Of a stretch of 36,717 nucleotides of DNA, positions 19,075-27,160 are shown in pieces; position 1 is the first letter of the stretch, and each line of letters begins with the position of its first letter. Where the stretch lies: contig CABMDW010000108.1 of assembly GCA_902385045.1 (NCBI GenBank), positions 1-36,717 on the forward strand, written 5' to 3'. Both the position numbers and the translations under genes were made by a program. The notes under the pieces are model-generated. The model did not search any database. It was not told the origin of the DNA and saw nothing but the letters and a program-made list of their open reading frames with translations. The DNA comes from an uncultured archaeon (GTDB lineage: Archaea > Micrarchaeota > Micrarchaeia > Norongarragalinales > CABMDW01).

Positions 19075-19812
19075 ATGCATTTCGTAGTAAAAGACTCGAA
19101 GAATTTCAAAACTTATGTTGATGCCATAACTGTTTTAGTTGATGAAGGAAGTTTTCAAATTGATTCACAAGGAATTCACTTGAGGACAATGGATCCATCA
19201 CAAATTGCGTTAGTAGATTTTAATCTTCCTAAAGAAGGATTAAAAGAATTGAATGCAGAAGAAAAAATTTCCTTAAGCTTAAACTTGCTAGACTTAGGAA
19301 AAATACTTTCCAGAGGAAAAGCAGACGATACTTTAACTGTTACTTTAGAAGAAAAGGAATCAAAATTAATGCTTGAATTCAAAGGAAAAACAAAAAGAAG
19401 TTTTAAAGTTCCATTGCTTGACTTGAACACTCAACTTCCGAAAGAACCTAAAGTACCTTTTGATTCAACCATAAAAGTTAGTGGGGGAGAATTCAAAGAC
19501 ATGCTAAAAGATGCTGGACTAGTTTCTTCACATGTAGTAATTGAAGCAAGTCCAACTGAATTAATCGTAGAAGCTCATGGAGATTCAGGAGATGTCCGAA
19601 TAGAAACTCCAAAAGGAGATTCAATAAAAATAAATGCCACTCAAAAAACTAGATCTATGTTTCCGTTTGAATACTTGGATAACATTACTAAAAATTGTCC
19701 TGACACTACAGAAATAGAATTATCATTGAAAACAGATGCTCCAATTCGAATATCATATAATCTAGGGGAAGCAACTCTAGCATATTACTTGGCTCCAAGA
19801 GTAGAAAATTAG
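19075..19812 (+). CDS. pcn: DNA polymerase sliding clamp (PCNA)
   Basis: 245 aa. FKTYVDAITVLVDEGSFQIDSQGIHLRTMDPSQIALVDFNL and the C-terminal LAYYLAPRVE are typical of archaeal PCNA. GGTG lies about 10 nt upstream of the ATG. Confidence 0.9.
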   Translation: MHFVVKDSKNFKTYVDAITVLVDEGSFQIDSQGIHLRTMDPSQIALVDFNLPKEGLKELNAEEKISLSLNLLDLGKILSRGKADDTLTVTLEEKESKLMLEFKGKTKRSFKVPLLDLNTQLPKEPKVPFDSTIKVSGGEFKDMLKDAGLVSSHVVIEASPTELIVEAHGDSGDVRIETPKGDSIKINATQKTRSMFPFEYLDNITKNCPDTTEIELSLKTDAPIRISYNLGEATLAYYLAPRVEN

Positions 19813-19819
19813 TTATAAA

Positions 19820-19833
19820 AGTATTTAAATACT
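19820..19833. promoter_or_regulatory. perfect 14-nt palindrome AGTATTTAAATACT centred on a TATA-like TTTAAA, 20-33 nt upstream of the ATG at 19853
   Basis: Read directly from the sequence. Its position fits an archaeal TATA box for a short-leader or leaderless transcript. Confidence 0.35.
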
Positions 19834-19852
19834 CTAATTGTTTTTGTAAAGT

Positions 19853-20272
19853 ATGGAGAAAATTCTTTGGCTAAGATTCGGAGGCAGTAGATTGCATTCC
19901 TTGAAAATAATTGGAGTATTTCTAATGTTTGCAAGCGCATTTCAAATTGCAGGCAGTTTCTATTCTTTATTCGTAACATTAAATCAAGCTGGAGCAGCTT
20001 TTAACAAACCAGATTATGTTCCAACATTCTTTACATGGAGTCTTGGAAGTACGGTTAATAATATTCAATTTACTAGAGAAGACTTTATAGGAGTATCTCT
20101 GAAGCCTGTGGCAGAATTATTGTTCTGGATTGCAATGGGAATATTATCTACGCTAGTCTATCAAGCTGGTAGTGTTTTCTTTCCAATAGAAGAACGAGAA
20201 CAGAACATAGCAGAACATCATAGGAAGCTTATTCAAAGAGTCGCACAAGCCAGTAAAATGAAAAAGAGATAA
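19853..20272 (+). CDS. hypothetical membrane protein
   Basis: 139 aa with two to three hydrophobic spans and a basic C-terminal tail. No family was recognised. Confidence 0.5.
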   Translation: MEKILWLRFGGSRLHSLKIIGVFLMFASAFQIAGSFYSLFVTLNQAGAAFNKPDYVPTFFTWSLGSTVNNIQFTREDFIGVSLKPVAELLFWIAMGILSTLVYQAGSVFFPIEEREQNIAEHHRKLIQRVAQASKMKKR

Positions 20273-20318
20273 ATTCGTATTCTTTTAGCATCAATATACG
20301 ATAATTATCGAAAAAACA

Positions 20319-20336
20319 AAATGCTTTAAAGCATTT
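20319..20336. promoter_or_regulatory. perfect 18-nt palindrome AAATGCTTTAAAGCATTT centred on TTTAAA, 18-35 nt upstream of the ATG at 20354
   Basis: Read directly from the sequence. A second perfect 12-nt palindrome, CGATAATTATCG, lies at 20299-20310 in the same 81-bp spacer. Confidence 0.35.
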
Positions 20337-20353
20337 CAGTCAAAATAGTTAAC

Positions 20354-21127
20354 ATGGACTGGAAGAAAATTATTACCATACTACTAATAGTAGCGTTTGC
20401 CGGAGAAATAGTAGTTTTGAGTTTTACCTCAACTAGCGCACCAGCAAATAATACTACTGAAACTTCAGTTCCTACTTCAACTCCAGCACCAGTATTATTT
20501 TCCGGAAAAGGATATAGTCAAATACAAATTCTAAATCTCAGTGGAAAAGGATATTTCCAATGTGCTGGCGAAACTACAGATTTAACTCAAATAATAAATA
20601 ATTCAAAATTATTTGATAGCATATCAAGAATACAACCTGGATTTTACAGAATTACTGCTCCAATCAATCTAACTTCAGAAGAATTTACTTCTAAGCAAGT
20701 TAAACTAGAAACATTAGTCAAAAAATACTGTAATAGCACTTTAACATACAGGTTGGGTTCAGTAAGATTACTGCTTCCTGAAGTCAACTTTACTTCTACT
20801 GATGGAAGATCACAAGTAATTAGTACAACACAACTAGAAAATTACTTTTACGATCAAGGTAGCACTGTCAACGCATTACTAATACCTACGTTTAAAGTGA
20901 ATGAAAGCGGTTATGCTGAAATGTATACTAGCACTCACGATTATGCAATAGACCCTAGTCAAGGAGATGTAGTTATAATAGAGCAAATAAATCCATTTGC
21001 ATCTTTATTTAATCAAAATACAAGCACTGATAATACTACTACAGTAAAGACAAACAATACTAATTCAACAGTAAACAGTACAGTAACAGTTAATACTAAC
21101 TCAACAAAACTTAATCAAACAAAATGA
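20354..21127 (+). CDS. hypothetical surface/secreted protein, T/N-rich and heavily sequon-bearing
   Basis: 257 aa with an N-terminal anchor (IITILLIVAFAGEIVVL). It has more than a dozen N-x-S/T sequons and a low-complexity C-terminus (NTSTDNTTTVKTNNTNSTVNSTVTVNTNSTKLNQTK). Confidence 0.55.
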   Translation: MDWKKIITILLIVAFAGEIVVLSFTSTSAPANNTTETSVPTSTPAPVLFSGKGYSQIQILNLSGKGYFQCAGETTDLTQIINNSKLFDSISRIQPGFYRITAPINLTSEEFTSKQVKLETLVKKYCNSTLTYRLGSVRLLLPEVNFTSTDGRSQVISTTQLENYFYDQGSTVNALLIPTFKVNESGYAEMYTSTHDYAIDPSQGDVVIIEQINPFASLFNQNTSTDNTTTVKTNNTNSTVNSTVTVNTNSTKLNQTK

Positions 21128-21140
21128 GGTTGTTAAAAAT

Positions 21141-21815
21141 ATGAATCCAAAGAATAATGACGTAGTAGAACTTATGCTCACTACAATGAATCAAGATAAT
21201 GCAGTTTATGACACTAATGACATTGAAGTAGCAAAAAAAAATAATATCTTTGACGAGAGAATAAGATATGAACCATTCGTAATTCCTTTAGGAAAAAATA
21301 GGATTGTCAAAAAACTTGAAGAAGAAGTTTTGAAAGCAAACGAAAACGAAGAAAAAACAATTGAAGTTGAAAATCCTTTCGGAGAAAGAAAAGCAGAACT
21401 AGTAAGAGTAATGTCAATGAACGAATTCAGAAGCCAAGACATTAACCCTTTTCCTGGAATGCCTATTGAAATTGAAGGATTGAAAGGAAAAGTCCAAAGC
21501 GTTTCTGGAGGAAGAGTGCGTGTTGATTTTAACCATGACTTGGCAGGCCAAAACGTAAAATACACGTTCAAAATATTAAAAATTGGTTCAACTCCAGCAG
21601 ACAAAGCAGGAATGCTAGTCAAGGCTTACTTAAAACAATTTGGAGAAACAACTCAAAAAATTGAAGGAGAAAAATTAATTGTAGAAGCAAACAAAAAAGT
21701 TGCCAAGACAATTGACTATCAAACCCAAAAAATAAGATTGATAGGAGATACTTTAGCCATTGTTCCTGAAGTAAAAGAAGTAGAATTCAAGGAAACATAC
21801 GGAGTACAAAACTAA
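21141..21815 (+). CDS. FKBP-type peptidyl-prolyl cis-trans isomerase, archaeal long type with IF (flap) insert
   Basis: YEPFVIPLGKNRIVKKLEEEVL..., the IF-domain region, and RVRVDFNHDLAGQNVKYTFKILKI match the archaeal FKBP/SlyD pattern (DFNHxLAGK). An extra C-terminal domain follows. Confidence 0.8.
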   Translation: MNPKNNDVVELMLTTMNQDNAVYDTNDIEVAKKNNIFDERIRYEPFVIPLGKNRIVKKLEEEVLKANENEEKTIEVENPFGERKAELVRVMSMNEFRSQDINPFPGMPIEIEGLKGKVQSVSGGRVRVDFNHDLAGQNVKYTFKILKIGSTPADKAGMLVKAYLKQFGETTQKIEGEKLIVEANKKVAKTIDYQTQKIRLIGDTLAIVPEVKEVEFKETYGVQN

Positions 21816-21861
21816 AAATCTTTTAAGCAATTGAATACACTAATTAGTTAGCACGAGCTTT

Positions 21862-21952
21862 GGGCCCGTAGTCGAATGGTAAGACGCCTCTCTCACAAAT
21901 TAAATACAATTGAGTACAGAGGAGATCCGGAGTCCGATTATCCGCGGGCCCA
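21862..21952 (+). tRNA. tRNA-Val (anticodon CAC) with a ~19-nt intron at or near the canonical 37/38 position
   Basis: The acceptor stem is GGGCCCG/CGGGCCC with discriminator A. The anticodon stem is CCTCT (21887-21891) / AGAGG (21918-21922), and the loop starts CTCACA. About 19 extra nt (~21898-21916) contain TTGAG, which can pair with the CTCA(A) of the anticodon loop, as in a bulge-helix-bulge. The T-arm is non-canonical (CGGAG-TCCGATT-ATCCG). Confidence 0.7.
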
Positions 21953-21960
21953 CTAAAAAA

Positions 21961-22731
21961 TTATTTCTTGAAAAATTCAACTATTTTACTAATAGAAGTA
22001 GAATCCAGCATGTTAGCGCCATGACCTTCATTTTGTAATTTAACAAAAGTTAAAGATCCAGTATAATTGTCTTGTATTTTCTGTGAAGAATCAAAAGCAT
22101 AAGTATCTTCGTTGCTTGCAAAAATAAGAAGAATTGGGCCGTTGCTTTGATTTAGATCATCAACAATACTTACTCCCCTGTAACTTAATCCGGGAGATAA
22201 TAGCACTGCCTTGCCAATATTATGCTTTGAAGCAAAATTAAATGCAAGATTAGCTCCAATACTCGCTCCAACAAATCCGATTAATTGAACGTTATTAGAC
22301 TTAAGGTAATTTGCTGCGGCATCAACGTCATTTTGCATGCTAATAAAATCTTGATCAGTGAATTGAAACATTTGCTTTGGATAAATGGTTTCACCCATTC
22401 CTCTCAAATCAATTGAAAGAGTAGTAATATTATTTTTGTTTAATTCTTTTTCTAAAGCAATGAAACTAGATTTGTCTTTTCCAATTTGAGGCAATAATAT
22501 GACTCCATGATTAGAGGTTTTATTAAAATCAAAACTTAAGTTAGCACCATCAATCGTTTGAATATAATTTCCTGAAGCTTGGATTGTAACAATTTGGGTA
22601 GTTGAAGAAGAATTGTTAAAATCTGATTTAGCTGCTTGGGCTGCAGAATTAAGTTGGTTAAAACCACTTAAAGCTAAATAGAATAATATGCCAGAAGAAA
22701 TGAGTATTAAAATCAACGTAGAAGTTTTCAT
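21961..22731 (-). CDS. secreted/membrane-anchored alpha/beta-fold hydrolase
   Basis: 256 aa with an N-terminal signal or anchor. The nucleophile elbow is GFVGASIGAN (G-x-S-x-G), and a C-terminal NEGHGANM region provides a candidate catalytic His. Confidence 0.7.
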   Translation of the reverse strand: MKTSTLILILISSGILFYLALSGFNQLNSAAQAAKSDFNNSSSTTQIVTIQASGNYIQTIDGANLSFDFNKTSNHGVILLPQIGKDKSSFIALEKELNKNNITTLSIDLRGMGETIYPKQMFQFTDQDFISMQNDVDAAANYLKSNNVQLIGFVGASIGANLAFNFASKHNIGKAVLLSPGLSYRGVSIVDDLNQSNGPILLIFASNEDTYAFDSSQKIQDNYTGSLTFVKLQNEGHGANMLDSTSISKIVEFFKK

Positions 22732-22744
22732 AAATAATTAATCC

Positions 22745-23305
22745 TTAAGGTATAATGTTCCCTACTTCATCCAAAGCAATGAATTTCTTGTCAGAACCCT
22801 GTTGCCATAATACAAGCCAATAAGGATCTCTTTTCAAAGTTTTAGTAAAATCATTAACTCCAGTCCATAGGAGAGGGCAACAAGTGGTGTCAATAACATC
22901 GGGTTTTGAAGCGCATGCTCTTCCGCCCTTAGAAATGATATTTTGAACGTCTAAATCTTTAGAAGAAGCTATTATGGCTTCTTCAGGTTGAATGATTGGA
23001 CCGCTAACATTGCAGTCTTTAACTAAATAAATTTTCCTAGAATAAATTGGGTTCAAATTGTATTCCATTTCAACTAAAGAAGGACAATTTGAATTAGGAT
23101 TGAGTGAAACAAAAGCGATTATTTTACTAGAGTTTTGTTCGCTATAATTCAAGCTTCTTATGCAGAAATCATTGAATTGAGTAGAAATGTCGTTTTCAAT
23201 TTTTTTGGAAATATCTAACGAAACTCCCTTCGAAGTAGAAGGAGCAGACAAATTTAACACTAATAAGACTGCTAAAAGGATTAACAGTAGAGTCCAAAAT
23301 TTCAT
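22745..23305 (-). CDS. hypothetical secreted Cys-containing protein
   Basis: 186 aa with a Sec-type signal peptide (MKFWTLLLILLAVLLVLNLSAPS). Several Cys residues are present, including CC. No family was recognised. Confidence 0.5.
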   Translation of the reverse strand: MKFWTLLLILLAVLLVLNLSAPSTSKGVSLDISKKIENDISTQFNDFCIRSLNYSEQNSSKIIAFVSLNPNSNCPSLVEMEYNLNPIYSRKIYLVKDCNVSGPIIQPEEAIIASSKDLDVQNIISKGGRACASKPDVIDTTCCPLLWTGVNDFTKTLKRDPYWLVLWQQGSDKKFIALDEVGNIIP

Positions 23306-23369
23306 TGCTAATAATATATTCTTTGAACGTATTTAATTATTAAACCTTAAACAAAAATGGTGAATTTTA

Positions 23370-23828
23370 ATGAAAATAACGGTAATAGAATGTTCTGAAA
23401 ATGCTTTTTCAGTATACAATGAATTGGTTTTGGAAGCACAACACCTTACTTCAGATTTGACGTTAAATAAACTAGAATGTCCTCTAGCGGAAAAAACTCA
23501 TGTGTTCGTTAAGAAAGCTTTGCTTAGTGGAAGTGATGCAGTAATTTATTGCGTTGATTCTCATGCTGCAGATGAAGCAAGCTTGGCGCATTTACGAGAA
23601 TTAATTGAAAAACTGGAATTAGAAACAGGAAAAATGTGTTTAGAATGTTCTCCTACTTTCAAAAATGACAAAGAAGAATATTCAAAGGAAGCACTAAAAG
23701 AATTAACTACAATAATAAAAATAATTTTAGATTCCGAAGGATACTCTGTAAAAGCAGAGTCTACATCTAATCCTGAAGAAAATAAGGAAGAAATTCTCGA
23801 CGTGGATAAAGGAAAAAGCTTGTTCTAA
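23370..23828 (+). CDS. hypothetical acidic cytosolic protein
   Basis: 152 aa with GGTG 9 nt upstream of the ATG. No motif was recognised. Confidence 0.5.
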   Translation: MKITVIECSENAFSVYNELVLEAQHLTSDLTLNKLECPLAEKTHVFVKKALLSGSDAVIYCVDSHAADEASLAHLRELIEKLELETGKMCLECSPTFKNDKEEYSKEALKELTTIIKIILDSEGYSVKAESTSNPEENKEEILDVDKGKSLF

Positions 23829-24151
23829 TTGCTCAAATCAATTATTGATTGAGCTAAATCTCCATTGTTCTTTGTCAAAGTTTGTTTTGCTATTTCAGAA
23901 GTACAACCGGTTTTTTCAATTAGTAATTTAACGTCTTCTTCAGAAAACAAACTTGTTTTTTCAGTTACCTTCCCCGAAATTTGAAAACTTTGTTCTCCTT
24001 TCATGTCAATCAATTGAACTTTCGGGTCTGAAACAACGTAAATCTTATCCTTGCCTTTAATGATGACTTCACTAGCATCAACATCTTTAACGTTAATACC
24101 CATTTGACGCATCATTGCTTGCATTTGTCTTGGGTCCATTCCTGGCATCAT
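23825..24151 (-). CDS. nac: nascent polypeptide-associated complex protein (archaeal NAC, NAC + UBA domains)
   Basis: MMPGMDPRQMQAMMRQMGINVKDVDASEVII...PKVQLIDMKGEQSFQISG is a NAC domain, and the C-terminal EEDVKLLIEKTGCTSEIAKQTLTKNNGDLAQSI is UBA-like. The track ORF starts at a TTG at 24196. I prefer the ATG at 24151. Confidence 0.85.
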   Translation of the reverse strand: MMPGMDPRQMQAMMRQMGINVKDVDASEVIIKGKDKIYVVSDPKVQLIDMKGEQSFQISGKVTEKTSLFSEEDVKLLIEKTGCTSEIAKQTLTKNNGDLAQSIIDLSN

Positions 24152-24209
24152 AATAATACATTTTAAAATAAGTTTAATAAAAATACTGTTGTTCAATCAA
24201 GTGAATCCA

Positions 24210-24620
24210 ATGACTATAAGATTTTACGATCATACTGCAGACATTAAGTTTAGAGTAACTGAAACTAGTTTCAATACGTTACTCGAAAATGCCTCTAAAG
24301 CAATGTTTAGCGTCATAGCAAAAACCAGAACACTCAAAGAAGACAAGCAAGTGAAAATAAAAGTAAAAGTAAAAAAAAATGATGAATTAATAATAAGATT
24401 ATTAAGTGAATTGCTGACGTTGCATCAGACTAAAGAATTATTCTTTAAAAGACTAAAAATTATTAAAACAGATAAAAAAACATTTGTTGAAGCAATTGCC
24501 TATGGAGAAAAAATGACGCCACAAAAAGGAAGAATTGATGTCAAGGCCGTAACTTTCCATGAATTCAATTTCAGCAAAAAAGACAAAAAACTCTCTTGCA
24601 CTATAATTTTAGACATTTAA
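24210..24620 (+). CDS. archease (RtcB tRNA-ligase activator family)
   Basis: It has the FYDHTADIKFRV signature and is about 136 aa from the ATG at 24210. The track ORF starts at an upstream TTG at 24189. Confidence 0.85.
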   Translation: MTIRFYDHTADIKFRVTETSFNTLLENASKAMFSVIAKTRTLKEDKQVKIKVKVKKNDELIIRLLSELLTLHQTKELFFKRLKIIKTDKKTFVEAIAYGEKMTPQKGRIDVKAVTFHEFNFSKKDKKLSCTIILDI

Positions 24621-24668
24621 AACCCATCGAAAATAGATTATTAAATTACAAATCGTTAATTTTGCTTA

Positions 24669-25115
24669 ATGAGAGTTCTAAGTTTTCTTTCAATGGCAAT
24701 ATTCATAGGCACTTTTGCAGTTGTATATTTTACTGACTTTAAGGATCCTTTAATGTTCAATCCTCCTTTCTTTCATGATGCTAACAACTTTTACTTGACT
24801 GAAATCGTATCTGCGTTCTTTTCATTCCTTTGCTCAATGCTATTCTTTGGAGCCTCTGGGCCAATAATAGCAATAATACAAGCATCAAGATATGCCAGCA
24901 TACTTGCGACTTCAAATTCTAATTTGAACCTGATAGCCACGGCACTATTAGCCATACCGAATCTATTATTCGTGATAGCCGGAACGGAATACGGTGGAAA
25001 ATACTTGGATCAAATGAACGGAGAAGACAAAACTTTGAACGGTAGAACTGAATTAATTTTAGGAGCACTAGCAATGGTAATAGTCATTCTACTCAAAGTG
25101 GTGATTGCAGGTTAA
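24669..25115 (+). CDS. small membrane protein A of an 8-gene cluster (about 4 TM), unknown function
   Basis: 148 aa and hydrophobic. Its stop overlaps the next start (TAATG at 25113-25117). Confidence 0.6.
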   Translation: MRVLSFLSMAIFIGTFAVVYFTDFKDPLMFNPPFFHDANNFYLTEIVSAFFSFLCSMLFFGASGPIIAIIQASRYASILATSNSNLNLIATALLAIPNLLFVIAGTEYGGKYLDQMNGEDKTLNGRTELILGALAMVIVILLKVVIAG

Positions 25116-25627
25116 TGCCAGTACTATTTGATATCTTAGGAGATATTGCAAACTTAAGTTTCGTAATAAAAATAATGTGTTTTTCATACTTGACTTACTG
25201 GCTCTATGCTACTTTTTATAATTCTAAAATAATATTCGGAATTGCACTAATTGTGGCAGGTTATTTTACGATAACTTACTCTGATGCTACTACTGCATTA
25301 GTAGCAATATTCGGTTTATTGTTTGTTTTGGGACCACAATTACAGCAGACAATTTGGTTTGGATTGGCTCCACTATTGCAGCCATTCGGAATTGATTTGA
25401 TGGGAAATACGGTAAATCAAAAAATGTCGATGTTAGAACAGGAAAAACATTCGAAAGAATTACAATCAAAGATAGCTGCTGGAGAAGCATCACAAGAAGA
25501 AGTAGAAGCTTTTCAAAGGCAACAACAGTTGCAACAAATGGCAGCTATGGAAGGTCAAGAGGACATTGGCGATGACGTTCCAAATTATGATGCAATGAAA
25601 AAAAGATCTATGATGTTAAGGAGATGA
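25115..25627 (+). CDS. small membrane protein B (about 3 TM plus Q/E-rich cytosolic tail), paralogous N-terminus to protein C
   Basis: 170 aa. The N-terminus is MPVLFDILGDIANL..., followed by YWLY. The tail is SQEEVEAFQRQQQLQQMAAMEGQEDIGDD. Confidence 0.6.
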   Translation: MPVLFDILGDIANLSFVIKIMCFSYLTYWLYATFYNSKIIFGIALIVAGYFTITYSDATTALVAIFGLLFVLGPQLQQTIWFGLAPLLQPFGIDLMGNTVNQKMSMLEQEKHSKELQSKIAAGEASQEEVEAFQRQQQLQQMAAMEGQEDIGDDVPNYDAMKKRSMMLRR

Positions 25628-25634
25628 AAATAGA

Positions 25635-25931
25635 ATGAGCATATTTGATGACATTGGAAACATTTTCAACATAATTTGGATAATAGCACTTGCATTCATC
25701 GCTTACTGGCTATATAATTGGGCTAAAGAAACATTGGTCTTTTCAAGTACTCTGGCCTATATAGTAGCAGGAATATTGATTTACTATCTAGTATTTGAAT
25801 ATCCTGTCATAGGATTTTTAGGAGTTACTGGATGGATTATAATAACTTCAGGATTGTTAATGGGATTAGCAATATTTGCTCCAGTATTCGGAAACATCAT
25901 GTATAAAATGAAAAAAGGTGAAGGCCAATGA
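25635..25931 (+). CDS. small membrane protein C (about 3 TM)
   Basis: 98 aa. MSIFDDIGNIFNI... and YWLY are shared with protein B. The gap to B is 7 nt. Confidence 0.6.
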   Translation: MSIFDDIGNIFNIIWIIALAFIAYWLYNWAKETLVFSSTLAYIVAGILIYYLVFEYPVIGFLGVTGWIIITSGLLMGLAIFAPVFGNIMYKMKKGEGQ

Positions 25932-26215
25932 GTTTGAGAAAAACTCTTGCTTTGTACAGAAAAACAAAATTAGAAAGAAATATTTGGGTTGACAAAAAAT
26001 GGCGTTTCCTAGCGTTTATTTTATTCGCATTATTTTTATGGGCATTTTACGCATGGATTCTAAACTATGATGCTTCTACATTCAGATGGTTTTTAGCAGG
26101 AATATTAATAGGATTCTGTGTTGCATCATTAGTAATAGAAATAGAACATTTACTTGGATTGTATAAAGTAGTAAAACACATGGACAAGAAAAATGTTAAG
26201 AAGATGAAAAAATGA
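25928..26215 (+). CDS. small membrane protein D (2 TM, basic termini)
   Basis: 95 aa with an ATGA start/stop overlap with protein C. Confidence 0.55.
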   Translation: MSLRKTLALYRKTKLERNIWVDKKWRFLAFILFALFLWAFYAWILNYDASTFRWFLAGILIGFCVASLVIEIEHLLGLYKVVKHMDKKNVKKMKK

Positions 26216-26445
26216 TTGAATTGAGTTTTATTCAAGATTTCGGGCTAGTAATAGTGATACTAGTGTTTTTTGCAGTGTACAGTTACTTGAATAATTCTTT
26301 AATAAAAAATCCAAGTTTAGCATTATTCGTGACCATAATAATAATGCTTTTACTCGTAATTCCTTATGATTGGTTCAAAATACTGTTGTTTCTAGCTCTC
26401 GTGTTTTACGGCTTCTTCCAAACGTTTAAGCCTTGGGAATGGTAA
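26212..26445 (+). CDS. small membrane protein E (2-3 TM)
   Basis: 77 aa with an ATGA start/stop overlap with protein D. Confidence 0.55.
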   Translation: MIELSFIQDFGLVIVILVFFAVYSYLNNSLIKNPSLALFVTIIIMLLLVIPYDWFKILLFLALVFYGFFQTFKPWEW

Positions 26446-26451
26446 AATAAA

Positions 26452-26730
26452 ATGGTTGACTTCACGTTTTTTATTTTAATAATATTTGCAGTTCTAGCTT
26501 TGCTTCAAGGTAATTTATACATTGGAATAGGATTATTTGTTGTAGCCGTACTTGTAACAAAAGATAAATTATTCATAATAGTAGGACTCTTAGCGGGAGC
26601 TTACTTTGTTGCAAGTAAATACTTGAACTGGGACTTGCCAAGCTGGATTAATTTGATAATACTTGGAATAATCATGGTTTTAATTCTTAGAAACATGAAA
26701 GAAGAGCCAATGCCGCAACAATACTATTAA
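26452..26730 (+). CDS. small membrane protein F (3 TM)
   Basis: 92 aa, 6 nt after protein E. Confidence 0.55.
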   Translation: MVDFTFFILIIFAVLALLQGNLYIGIGLFVVAVLVTKDKLFIIVGLLAGAYFVASKYLNWDLPSWINLIILGIIMVLILRNMKEEPMPQQYY

Positions 26731-26785
26731 CTCATTAATAAAAATATAAAAACAGTTTAAAAGCAAAGTAAATTAATACATTAAT

Positions 26786-27115
26786 ATGAAGACCATTACC
26801 TTCTTGGCTTTAAGCATTCTAGCATTTTACTTTGTTACAATTAATGAATACTTCATATCTTTTCTAGTACTGATTTCAATGGTTATAGCAATCGTATATG
26901 AAGGATTCAAACTACCTCACGTTGAGGGACACGGTAGCGGACATGCCGGTTCAGCACATGCGGGGCATGATAATCATCAGCCTAATATTGGAGCTAGTAT
27001 TGGTTCAATATTTGATTGGTTTGGAAGAAGCATGACCACACTAATTAGAGCCTTAAGTGGAGAGCCGAAACCAGAAAAAAAAGCTGAAACTGGAAAAAGC
27101 GACGGACATCACTAA
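26786..27115 (+). CDS. small membrane protein G with histidine-rich segment
   Basis: 109 aa. Two N-terminal TM spans are followed by HVEGHGSGHAGSAHAGHDNH, and the protein ends in DGHH. Confidence 0.55.
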   Translation: MKTITFLALSILAFYFVTINEYFISFLVLISMVIAIVYEGFKLPHVEGHGSGHAGSAHAGHDNHQPNIGASIGSIFDWFGRSMTTLIRALSGEPKPEKKAETGKSDGHH

Positions 27116-27160
27116 TCAACAAAAAGCTTTAAAATCAATTAAAACAAGAAAACTTACGCT

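Noticed and set aside
23370-23828. Possible lumazine synthase / flavodoxin-like identity for the 152-aa acidic protein.
   Set aside because: Only the overall length and a beta-alpha-beta-like pattern are reminiscent. The diagnostic motifs (VPGA, G-x-T-x-H) are absent.
26212-26730. Proteins E and F are in the same frame, separated by TAA plus two codons, which could be a fourth TAA-interrupted gene.
   Set aside because: Same-frame adjacency happens by chance one time in three. F has its own ATG. There is no homologue showing that E and F form one protein.
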